DNA of 51,201 bases from a virus (taxonomy: Duplodnaviria > Caudoviricetes), in IMG/VR virus record IMGVR_UViG_3300030098_003235, positions 1-51,201 of that record. One strand, given 5' to 3'. Below are positions 7,555-16,109 of this stretch, piece by piece. A program made the translations under genes and the position numbers. The notes below the pieces were generated by a model, which was not told the origin of the DNA, searched no databases, and worked only from the letters and a program-made list of their open reading frames with translations. The stretch's first letter is position 1, and each line of letters opens with the position of its first letter.

Positions 7555-9768
7555 CTAAGTTTTATATATTCCACTAAAATATAAATATCTTCCTGAACCA
7601 GCATTATGTTGAGTTTCTGACCATGCTGCTGCTGTTTTTGATTGGTAGAAAGCTACATCACTTGCTTGAAAAAATGGACATAAATTAACTGTCCCAGAAG
7701 CAATAGTCGCCATAGTATGAAAAGTTACATTACCTGTCATCTGGTTAGCAGGGCTGGGTGTGAAAGGTAAACCTGAAACTCTAATACCTCCAGCAGCCCC
7801 TGTAGTATTTGCGTCATTAAAAGCAGCAGTAACATAAACAAGATTACCTATTTTAGTATAATTAGCTGATACAGTTACAGCACTACTTGGATCTGATGTA
7901 CTTCCTTCTAATGCTGCAGTCCAAGTGCCTTCTTCATAATCATCTAAAAGATTAGCTGCTGTAGCACTTGTAACTCCTAAATATACACCTTTACTTGCAG
8001 TTCCAAAAAATATGTTGCCACCTGTAACTTCAATATCACTTTGACCTGTTGCAACTTCTAACACTGCGGTGTCGTCATCTCGTTTCAGAGTTATATCGTT
8101 TGTCGAGCCTTGCCCAGTAAGAATTAATCCTTCTGCACTTGTGTAACCTATTGCTGCATTATCTCCAGCAGCCGTATCTGAAGTAGCGTTAACTGTACCT
8201 CCAGAAATATCCCCGGTTGTTGTAATATTTGATGCGCCATTGTCAATTGCGCCAAAACCACTTGTTATTGAGCCAGTATCTAATGCGCCTGTCGTAACAA
8301 TATTGCTGCCACCAACATTATGAGATGAAAAATAAGTTGATACAGTATCAACATTTGTCATTCGCATTGTGCCAGCATCATTAATTAAAATACCATCTCC
8401 ACTAGCCACAGCCGTTGTGCCTCGTGAAGTACCACCATCAATAAGATTTATTTCTGCTGCTGTTGTAGTAACCGCAGTTGACCCCAATGAAAATTGACCA
8501 TCGGGAACAACAAGCCCTGCATCACCGCCTAAAATTAAATCATCAGCAGAAGCATCCCACAGCATATAAGCACTTGCTGTTGCACCAAATAATTTTACGT
8601 CATATCCAGTGTCATCTACACCTACTGTTAAAGTGCCATCTAGCTGTACGTTGCCATCTATATCAACTGCATCTAAATTTGTTGTACCATCTATATCTGC
8701 ATCTCCAGAAACATCTAAACTTCCAGCATCTAGCTCTCCTGACAACGTAACATTTCTAAATGTACCAATGTCTTTATTTGAATCAACAACTACTCCTAGA
8801 CTTGCTGTTACTGTCCCTGCAGTTACTGCATCTAAAACATTAAGTTCTGCTGCCGTAGTAGTGACTGCTGTACCCCCTATAAGTAATTTATCTTTTACAA
8901 TGTCAACCGTAGTTCCTCCAGCGGTAAGAAGCTTGTCTTCACTTTCATCCCACAATAAATAAGCACCGCTTGTTGCCCCAAAAAACTTTACGTCTACTCC
9001 TGTATCATCTACACCAAAAGTCGTCGCACCATCAATCTGTACTGTCCCATCTATATCTACAGCATCAAGATTGGTAGTTCCGTCTATATCCGCATCCCCA
9101 CTTATATCAAGGGAGCCACCGTCTAACTCTCCTGTAAGTGTAATATTACGAAATGATGCTACGTCTTTATTTGCATCTGCAGTAACAGTTTTAGAAGCAA
9201 CAACTGTCCCTACTGCTGCGCCTGTATCATTATAATTAAGTTCCGCTGTTGTAGCGGTTGCTCCGTCTAATATTTCAAGTTCTGCTTCAGATATTTCTGC
9301 TGAACCTATAGTTACAGTTCCTGATATATCTACGTTACCGTTAATATCAATAGTAGTGGCTGCTATCTGTATTTCTGTATCAGCTACTATATCAAGCTGC
9401 CCATCTGCACTTGAATTAAGATATATTGCTGTATCTCTGAAGTATAGTTTCTCATCAGAATTTACTAGCGCATCATCTGAAAATTTAAAGTAATCTTCAT
9501 CTTCCATCCAAGTTAGTACGCCGTCATTTGTTTCACCATCAAACGTAACCGCTATATCTGTTCCTGATGCTCCATTTCCAATGGTAATTGCAGTTCCGAG
9601 AAGCTTGGTTACAGGCCCTCCTTCTGCTGTTGTTCCATCATGTGTGTGACCTGTACTTAAATGAAATGATGCGTCAATTGCATTAAACTCAGTGGTAAAA
9701 TCTGACGCTTCAATTGTTTCGCCATCTACAAAATTAGTAGGGTCTGTTTTGGCATATCCTGTACCCAT
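7555..9768 (-). CDS. Tail fibre protein
   Basis: 737 aa, G/T/D/A-rich; N-terminal DGETIEASDF..EFNAI..GHTHDGT anchor; internal repeats; C-terminal LDDYEEGTWT...YTKIGNLV module. Confidence 0.85.
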   Translation of the reverse strand: MGTGYAKTDPTNFVDGETIEASDFTTEFNAIDASFHLSTGHTHDGTTAEGGPVTKLLGTAITIGNGASGTDIAVTFDGETNDGVLTWMEDEDYFKFSDDALVNSDEKLYFRDTAIYLNSSADGQLDIVADTEIQIAATTIDINGNVDISGTVTIGSAEISEAELEILDGATATTAELNYNDTGAAVGTVVASKTVTADANKDVASFRNITLTGELDGGSLDISGDADIDGTTNLDAVDIDGTVQIDGATTFGVDDTGVDVKFFGATSGAYLLWDESEDKLLTAGGTTVDIVKDKLLIGGTAVTTTAAELNVLDAVTAGTVTASLGVVVDSNKDIGTFRNVTLSGELDAGSLDVSGDADIDGTTNLDAVDIDGNVQLDGTLTVGVDDTGYDVKLFGATASAYMLWDASADDLILGGDAGLVVPDGQFSLGSTAVTTTAAEINLIDGGTSRGTTAVASGDGILINDAGTMRMTNVDTVSTYFSSHNVGGSNIVTTGALDTGSITSGFGAIDNGASNITTTGDISGGTVNATSDTAAGDNAAIGYTSAEGLILTGQGSTNDITLKRDDDTAVLEVATGQSDIEVTGGNIFFGTASKGVYLGVTSATAANLLDDYEEGTWTAALEGSTSDPSSAVTVSANYTKIGNLVYVTAAFNDANTTGAAGGIRVSGLPFTPSPANQMTGNVTFHTMATIASGTVNLCPFFQASDVAFYQSKTAAAWSETQHNAGSGRYLYFSGIYKT

Positions 9769-11291
9769 TACATTCTAGCTCCCAGTGTAAATTCTAGTGA
9801 AAATCCTTTTATTGTATATGTTGGATTTGTGCTTGAGTCAGTAAATTTTAAGGCTACTGCAAAGCCTGACCCCTCTACTGATTGCCTATATAGAGGTGGA
9901 TAAACACTTTCTCCATATGCGGCTGTACCGTATAACGAGGAGCCATACAAAGCTGCTCCTGCTGGGTTTTTTAAATCATAAGATGCAGGTTGTGCAACTG
10001 TTACATCATTATAATCATATATAAGAGACATATCTACATCTTCTATAGTTCCTGAAGGATTATAGTTAAGAATTACTCTTTGCATATTTTTTCTAATGCC
10101 TACATCTTGCATGTTATAGTCTGTTGTTCTGTATGTACAAGACATAGATGTTCCATCAAAATCGTTGCCACTTTCTTGAAGATAAACATAGCCCCCATCA
10201 TAATCTCCATGCACTACTTTTTCTGCATCAGAAATATATCCAGATGTTGCAATCATAGGCTTAACACCTTTAATATCTGAATATTCCCAGCCAACATTTC
10301 CTGTCGTCAAGTTTCTTTTAATTACTGCAATCAATCCTGTAGAAGCTGCTTCTGTTCCAGAAGTAGTAGGATAATATAATCTATATTGACTTTTGCTTCT
10401 TATTATGTGAGAAGATAAATTGTTTAATTGATCTTGAGTTAAACCGTTTAATCTGGGCTGAACCTGCTTAGATATAGTTCCTAATTCAGTATCTCCAATT
10501 TTTTCTGTCCCTGCTATAGTTCGCAACCCATCAGGTGCGAGAAAAATAAGGTCACCTGCAATCTCTTGTATAGAAAAGTGAGATAAACAGCCTATGTTTC
10601 TTGTTACAGGTTTTATTTGAAAATCTGCAGAACTCGACCCACTTAACGAATGAATACTGTTCTTACAGAATATAATTAATTGATTCCTAAAGGGTTTAAG
10701 GCTTATTACGTCATCTCCAAATGCAATCTCCCCTGCTCCTGAAGCAGCACTAAAATCGTTTTCAGTAAAAGGTGCAGAAAACTTTACTGCATGTGGAGCA
10801 TTTGACATACCAGAAAAAAATAAATGACCCTTAAATTCCTGTATTACTTCTGGGGCGGTAGGTTTTGCACCTGCTACAGATGCTGTTATTGTTGTATATG
10901 TACTGCCGTCCCAAAAAGCTGCATCATTTACACCGTCTGCCATGCCTATATTTTCTGTGCCATCCCAATTGTAGTTTGTAAATGAGTATCTTTCAGCACT
11001 TGTTCTATTTGTTGCAATATTTGTCCAGCCTGATCCTGCAGAATGTTGTACATTTGCTGCTCTTGCTGCAATAACTTTACTGTTTCCATAAAATGCTAGG
11101 CCCAGTATTCCTCCTGATCCCGACACTTGATTACTATCAAATTTAGAAAATCCTTTTATTTTAGCGTATCCACCGTTAATATCAGGTTCAAAGTTTTCAA
11201 GTGTAATTGCTTCTCCGGGTTGTAGTGCAAAAATACTTTTGTCAAGCACTAAACCTCCATCACAGTTTACAGGAAAAGCGTTGATTGGCAT
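9768..11291 (-). CDS. Tail nozzle / tail tubular protein B-like
   Basis: 507 aa, beta-propeller-like; GDLIFLAPDGLRT motif; lies between adaptor and fibre. Confidence 0.75.
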   Translation of the reverse strand: MPINAFPVNCDGGLVLDKSIFALQPGEAITLENFEPDINGGYAKIKGFSKFDSNQVSGSGGILGLAFYGNSKVIAARAANVQHSAGSGWTNIATNRTSAERYSFTNYNWDGTENIGMADGVNDAAFWDGSTYTTITASVAGAKPTAPEVIQEFKGHLFFSGMSNAPHAVKFSAPFTENDFSAASGAGEIAFGDDVISLKPFRNQLIIFCKNSIHSLSGSSSADFQIKPVTRNIGCLSHFSIQEIAGDLIFLAPDGLRTIAGTEKIGDTELGTISKQVQPRLNGLTQDQLNNLSSHIIRSKSQYRLYYPTTSGTEAASTGLIAVIKRNLTTGNVGWEYSDIKGVKPMIATSGYISDAEKVVHGDYDGGYVYLQESGNDFDGTSMSCTYRTTDYNMQDVGIRKNMQRVILNYNPSGTIEDVDMSLIYDYNDVTVAQPASYDLKNPAGAALYGSSLYGTAAYGESVYPPLYRQSVEGSGFAVALKFTDSSTNPTYTIKGFSLEFTLGARM

Positions 11292-12664
11292 TACACAGCC
11301 CTCATATAATCTTTTTGATTTATAAGTTCTGTTTTCATTCTACGAACCCCTGTTTCATAGTCTCTAAGAGAAAACTGTGTGCCTTCATTATTACCTCGTA
11401 GCTGATGAACATAGTATTTTACTTTTGCAACAATTACATCGTGATACCTAGATGGTATTTTAGGTTTGTCATCGTATGCGCTTAATTCTGCAGATGAGGT
11501 AAAGAAATTAAATAAAACTTCATATTGTGTTTTGTTTGCAATAGGAGTAACACCAAAGGCTATATCATTTCTAACTCGATATACGCACTCAGGCGTACCA
11601 AATCCATCATCAGGAGAACTAAGTGCTAAAAATTCATTCTGTCTATATGAAGAATGATACTTTCCATGTCCTGATTGATACTCTTCAAAAGTTTTGTACT
11701 GGAGGGGTTTTCCAGTTGAATCTACATCAAAAACTTCTATAAAATCTATATCAAGATTTTGACTTGCTGTATTACTAAAAGAAATAAATGTGTTTTGTGT
11801 AGATGCTGTAAATTTTGTAGTTCTTATTTCTCCACCACCTGTATTTGCTATTTGAAACGTAGTAGATAAGTCGGAATCTTTATCACTACTAGATCCTGCA
11901 AATACATTAAGTGTTTCAGATGTTGCGCTACTACTTCCTGATGATAGGCGTACCGTTATTCTGTACTCTTTATTTTCTATAGTCGGTATTGCTTGATCTA
12001 CACAACCGTCATTTAATCGTAGTACACCTGCAGCAAAGTTTTTATTTCCACTAGAGTCTGTGCTAATTGCTGGAGTACCAGATGTGCTAGTTCCTGCAGG
12101 ATCACTAGTGCGAGTATTCCAATACGACCCTAAAGTTATTGTTTTATCAAACTCTCCTTCAACAATAAGATTTCTAGGTCTTAAAAAGAAACTATCATAG
12201 TCTACGTCCATAGTATGAGTTATATTACCAGAAGTTGCTGTAACTGAGGAGTTTGCACCAGTTAAAGTTTCCGATGATTGAAACTCTCCCTCAATAGGTT
12301 CTACAAGAACATACTGTTCATCAGAGTGCCCACCATGAGGAGGTACTCTACGAACAATACCTTTAGCAGAAGACGTTCCTCCACTTATATATTCGTTATT
12401 TGTAAAAGCCCCACTTACACTAGATACTACTATTTTTACAGGATATTTATATTCTCCTTTTCCACCAAATAGAGTATAACTCGCTGTATTAAATTGCCAA
12501 GGCCATTGAATATATTCAGATTCAATATCTCTTATTGCTCTGTTAACATCTTTTTTTATTGTGGTTTGAACACCTCTAGTTCCAGATAGTCCAGCAGCAG
12601 ATTCTGCAATAGTAGTTTCATTTAAGTCGTATAAAACTGCATTAATTATTTCTGAATAATTCAT
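11291..12664 (-). CDS. Head-tail adaptor / tail tubular protein A-like, with large insertion
   Basis: 457 aa; N-terminal INAVL..LNE..VNRAIRDI..WPW and C-terminal IPSRYHDVIV motifs flank a beta-rich insert. Confidence 0.7.
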   Translation of the reverse strand: MNYSEIINAVLYDLNETTIAESAAGLSGTRGVQTTIKKDVNRAIRDIESEYIQWPWQFNTASYTLFGGKGEYKYPVKIVVSSVSGAFTNNEYISGGTSSAKGIVRRVPPHGGHSDEQYVLVEPIEGEFQSSETLTGANSSVTATSGNITHTMDVDYDSFFLRPRNLIVEGEFDKTITLGSYWNTRTSDPAGTSTSGTPAISTDSSGNKNFAAGVLRLNDGCVDQAIPTIENKEYRITVRLSSGSSSATSETLNVFAGSSSDKDSDLSTTFQIANTGGGEIRTTKFTASTQNTFISFSNTASQNLDIDFIEVFDVDSTGKPLQYKTFEEYQSGHGKYHSSYRQNEFLALSSPDDGFGTPECVYRVRNDIAFGVTPIANKTQYEVLFNFFTSSAELSAYDDKPKIPSRYHDVIVAKVKYYVHQLRGNNEGTQFSLRDYETGVRRMKTELINQKDYMRAV

Positions 12665-12987
12665 TTTTCAGTATCTCTATCTTTTTTGTTACTTTTGCTA
12701 TATGCTGGCATAAAATTTTCTCCTGTTTGAAATAAACAACCTATATCGGGGGCATAAAGAGGAGTAAACACTATAGAAAAAGATCTAGATTTTGGATCTA
12801 CGTATAGCATAAGTTTTTCACCAGACTCAAAATTTCCTGTTGCAAATAAAACTTCATTAAATTGTACGGTTAATTTATCTTTAACAAATGAAAGAGGGGC
12901 GCAAGCAGGTCTTGCATATGCAGATACGCCGCTTAAAAAAACTAACAGTAGTACTAGAAAAAATTTTTTCACGAGACTTTTCCCCAA
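12661..12987 (-). CDS. Small secreted protein, alphaproteobacterial-type two-Cys family
   Basis: 108 aa; signal peptide then CAP..L...FNE...G...LYVDP..SFSIV...CL..G pattern. Confidence 0.6.
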   Translation of the reverse strand: MGKSLVKKFFLVLLLVFLSGVSAYARPACAPLSFVKDKLTVQFNEVLFATGNFESGEKLMLYVDPKSRSFSIVFTPLYAPDIGCLFQTGENFMPAYSKSNKKDRDTEK

Positions 12988-13619
12988 GTTTTTTTTAAAT
13001 AATTCTGTATTAAATTTGCTTGTACAGAAAGTTGTTTATCTGTAGAACAGTAATTGGAAACAGCGTATAAGTTTTTTAATATGTATGTTTGTTCGTATGT
13101 TATATTCGATGAAAACCAACCTACTATATTTTTTCTTATTCCGCTTTTTATAGGTAAGACTTCATGCGGATATATAATAGGGAAAATTACCATCTCTCCT
13201 GCACAAAGTTTTTTGCCATATTTTTCAGAATTATCAAGAGTAAGTACAAATTCTCCACCCTCATATTTGTCTGATAAATTTAAGCTCCAGCCGTAGTCAA
13301 AATATATATTTTTTGATTTAGGACGAGCTTTAAATTCGTCTATGTGCAGGTTATAAAAATCTCCTTTTTTATATTCATTATAGAAATTTACAGATACTCT
13401 AGTAGGGCAATACACAGAATCACAATAATGATTATCGTATAATTTATCCGTAATTAATTTTCTAACTTTGTCTGAAACAGTAAAAGATTCTTTATTCTGT
13501 TTTAGTTTACCATCTGGTTGAGTTACATCACCAGATGCAAATGTTTTTTGTTCGATACCCTTTAAACAAACTTTTATCTCTTCATCATTTAATACTTTTA
13601 TAAACACATTTTCCTCCAT
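12969..13619 (-). CDS. 2OG-Fe(II) oxygenase, PKHD-type hydroxylase (YbiX/PiuC-like)
   Basis: HxD (HID), YEGGEF, HEVLPIKSGIR..VGW motifs; C-terminal helical extension ending in W. Confidence 0.85.
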   Translation of the reverse strand: MEENVFIKVLNDEEIKVCLKGIEQKTFASGDVTQPDGKLKQNKESFTVSDKVRKLITDKLYDNHYCDSVYCPTRVSVNFYNEYKKGDFYNLHIDEFKARPKSKNIYFDYGWSLNLSDKYEGGEFVLTLDNSEKYGKKLCAGEMVIFPIIYPHEVLPIKSGIRKNIVGWFSSNITYEQTYILKNLYAVSNYCSTDKQLSVQANLIQNYLKKTWGKVS

Positions 13620-13640
13620 TCAAATCAGTTCATAGCAAAG

Positions 13641-13679
13641 AGGTGTAGGGTTTTTAAAAAGGAACCCTACAAAACCTTT
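13641..13679 (-). terminator. Stem-loop after the capsid genes (terminator or mRNA stabiliser)
   Basis: Inverted repeat tgtagggtt/aaccctaca; weak U-tract. Confidence 0.5.
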
Positions 13680-13686
13680 AGTAACA

Positions 13687-14166
13687 CTACGTACCAGTAG
13701 ATACAGTAGCTGCTTCTGTAAGTGGGTTGCGTGAGATATCAACCATACAAACATGAATACGGAAACGTAAGGCACTTTCACCAGAGGAACCCCCATCAAG
13801 AATAAGAGCATCAATAGTGTCAGCACTGGTTAGAATACGTGCGTTAGAACCAGAGGCTCCAACAGCCGCTTCTAAGAATGGCGAAAAACCAGCCGCACAT
13901 GCAGAACCGTCAAGAAAACAGTCTACATCGCCACCAGTAAAACCAATGTCCATCGTAATCTGACCATTGCCTCGTGCTTCAAGAACTTCCAAAGCACCTG
14001 CAACAATCATCGTATCCGCAGGAACATCAACTAATTCTATGACATCCCCACCTGCACCGCCGTCAGCAGTATCCCATACTTGAGAAGTAATGACGTAAGG
14101 TGTAGGCATCCGTGAAGGATGATTAATTGTGCCACCGCCAGAAATAGTGCGATTATAAGTAGCCAT
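13687..14166 (-). CDS. Putative capsid decoration / minor capsid protein
   Basis: 159 aa right after the MCP; GGAGG RBS; GDVIELVDVPADTMIV motif. Confidence 0.65.
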   Translation of the reverse strand: MATYNRTISGGGTINHPSRMPTPYVITSQVWDTADGGAGGDVIELVDVPADTMIVAGALEVLEARGNGQITMDIGFTGGDVDCFLDGSACAAGFSPFLEAAVGASGSNARILTSADTIDALILDGGSSGESALRFRIHVCMVDISRNPLTEAATVSTGT

Positions 14167-14181
14167 AATTCATTCCTCCCT

Positions 14182-15156
14182 TTAGCTGTAGTCTACAATG
14201 CCAAGAACAAGTCCTTCTGGACGAATGACCTTGCGACCATATACGTGCAGACCGCGAACCACATCAGCGAATGAATCAGGGTCACGAATAACTTCTGTCT
14301 TAGCAATTGAGTTGGCTGTGGCAACTGCCGAAATATGCCCAGCAAGAATAATATTCTCACCAGAGGCAACGCCACTAAGCGATACCATGTCTGTCGTAGT
14401 CGTAGCATCTGCTGACTGACGAAGAGCATTGGATTTATATAGCGTAAAGCCCATAACTTTTTGGGCAGTCAACATGCCGTTACGCATGGGTGACTGTGCA
14501 TCCCCAGTTACTTGGACTTCAGCAATCTTGGCACCTGCTTTATAAAGAGTTTCATAGAAGCGAGGTGGAGCAACGAACCAGCGATTTTCTTCTGGAACGT
14601 CAACTTGGTCAAGATGCCTTGCCATTTTAGCAATGATTTGTACAGCCTCATCACCAGCGTCTGAGCCGTCCATCGTGTGAGGAGTACCTGCAGTACCAAG
14701 GGAACTGTCTGTTTCTACAGTGCCAGATGCACCTTTAATACCTGCACTATCAATCATTTCTTGTAGTACATTTTTGTCGTAGTTACGCTTCAAGGAGTAT
14801 GCACCAGAAGAGGTAGCAAGAGCCTCAAAGTTAACGTGGGATTGCCTCTCTTCAATGTCATCAACCTTGAAGGCAAAGGCTTGGGCCTGATCTACGGTCA
14901 GTTGAATTTCATCATCTGCCAAATCCTGTGGAGTAACCACAGCACCACGCGAGTATGCTGAAATGGTAACAGTAGGTTCTTTAATGATGCGAACCGTGTC
15001 ACCAAAATTCTCAATCTCTCCTGCGTAATCAGTATTAGTAATGTCTTCTACTACTGATGCGCGACGGAAAAATTTAAGAACCTTTTGACTATAGATTTCG
15101 GCCTGAAAATTACCGGATGGTAGATTACCATAACCGGCTGATACAGCAACAGCCAT
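14182..15156 (-). CDS. Major capsid protein
   Basis: 324 aa; IYSQKVLKFFR, TNTDYAGEIENFGDTVRIIKEP, RDPDSFADVVRGLHVYGRKVIRPE motifs. Confidence 0.92.
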   Translation of the reverse strand: MAVAVSAGYGNLPSGNFQAEIYSQKVLKFFRRASVVEDITNTDYAGEIENFGDTVRIIKEPTVTISAYSRGAVVTPQDLADDEIQLTVDQAQAFAFKVDDIEERQSHVNFEALATSSGAYSLKRNYDKNVLQEMIDSAGIKGASGTVETDSSLGTAGTPHTMDGSDAGDEAVQIIAKMARHLDQVDVPEENRWFVAPPRFYETLYKAGAKIAEVQVTGDAQSPMRNGMLTAQKVMGFTLYKSNALRQSADATTTTDMVSLSGVASGENIILAGHISAVATANSIAKTEVIRDPDSFADVVRGLHVYGRKVIRPEGLVLGIVDYS

Positions 15157-15176
15157 AATTCAGTCCTTTCTATATA

Positions 15177-16016
15177 TTAGCCGTTAACGATACGACCCTC
15201 CGCATTTGCTTGATCGATCTCGGATTCAAGTTTATCAAACTCATGCGGTTTAAGTTTACGTATCTCTGAAGTAGTCCAAACCCTTTTGTTTTTATTAGAA
15301 TTTGAAGCAATGTTTACAGGGCTAGTTGTTGTTATTGCCTCTGCAGCTTTACTTAAATCCTGTTTTTTAGGTCTACCTACTTTCTTTTTTGTGCCTGTGT
15401 CGGCTTTGTACAAATCCAGAACTCTAGAAGCCCATTGTACATCCTCATTATTGTTGGTGATACCGTCTGCAATACTAGGTGGCTGCTTATCAATCCATTC
15501 TTTGAATTGGTCAGACTTCTTAATTTCTGCAAAGTCTGGGTGCAGGGCTAGTAATTCCTGATAAGCACTTTTTACTTTAAGATGTTCTTCTCGTTTAGTA
15601 AGCCGTTCAATTTCTCCACGAAGTTCTTGAACTTCCTCGGAACTTTTTTTAGCACTTAAAGTTGCAACTGCATTATATACATCAGGATAACTTTCTTTAA
15701 ACGATTCTAAGTCAGCATCTTCTTCACTAATTTGTGGTGCAGATTGTCCCTCTACTATAAGGGCTTCTCTTTCTTCTCTCCACTCATGAAGCTTGCTATC
15801 ATAGTGTTTTTTTAAATCATCATAACGTTTTTTGTAGTCATGCTCTTCAGTTTTAATCTCTGTTTTAAGAGATATGGTTTCCTCATCATCTTGAGATGTT
15901 TCTTGAGTTTCTTCTTGGGTAGCCTTCATTTCGGTTTCTTCAGCGTAAACGCCTTCTTTATATCCTCCACGATAGGGGCCAGTTTTTTGTTCTTTACTTA
16001 GTACGTCTTCAGTCAT
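15177..16016 (-). CDS. Capsid scaffolding protein
   Basis: 279 aa, acidic and helical; YKKRYDDLKKHY, HPDF.EI, C-terminal IDQANAEGRI; directly before the MCP; GAGGAGG RBS. Confidence 0.8.
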   Translation of the reverse strand: MTEDVLSKEQKTGPYRGGYKEGVYAEETEMKATQEETQETSQDDEETISLKTEIKTEEHDYKKRYDDLKKHYDSKLHEWREEREALIVEGQSAPQISEEDADLESFKESYPDVYNAVATLSAKKSSEEVQELRGEIERLTKREEHLKVKSAYQELLALHPDFAEIKKSDQFKEWIDKQPPSIADGITNNNEDVQWASRVLDLYKADTGTKKKVGRPKKQDLSKAAEAITTTSPVNIASNSNKNKRVWTTSEIRKLKPHEFDKLESEIDQANAEGRIVNG

Positions 16017-16027
16017 TTTTCCTCCTC

Positions 16028-16094
16028 GCAGGGCCTCGTAAGGGTAGCTGCTTGTTGGTTAGTATCACAGGGCCATATTATATGGGTGGCTGTG
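16028..16094 (-). promoter_or_regulatory. Tandem internal-loop hairpins in the scaffold gene leader
   Basis: mRNA sense: CACAGCCACCCAUAUAAUAUGGCCCUGUG and GCAGCUACCCUUACGAGGCCCUGC, abutting the RBS. Confidence 0.65.
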
Positions 16095-16109
16095 TTTTTT
16101 CAGAAGGAG

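Noticed and set aside
8430-9260. Tail-fibre repeats as a DGR or invertible cassette
   Set aside because: In-frame direct repeats with largely synonymous divergence; no RT or invertase
13620-13826. 68-aa ORF as a frameshift extension of the decoration protein
   Set aside because: No clear slippery site and it crosses the post-capsid hairpin
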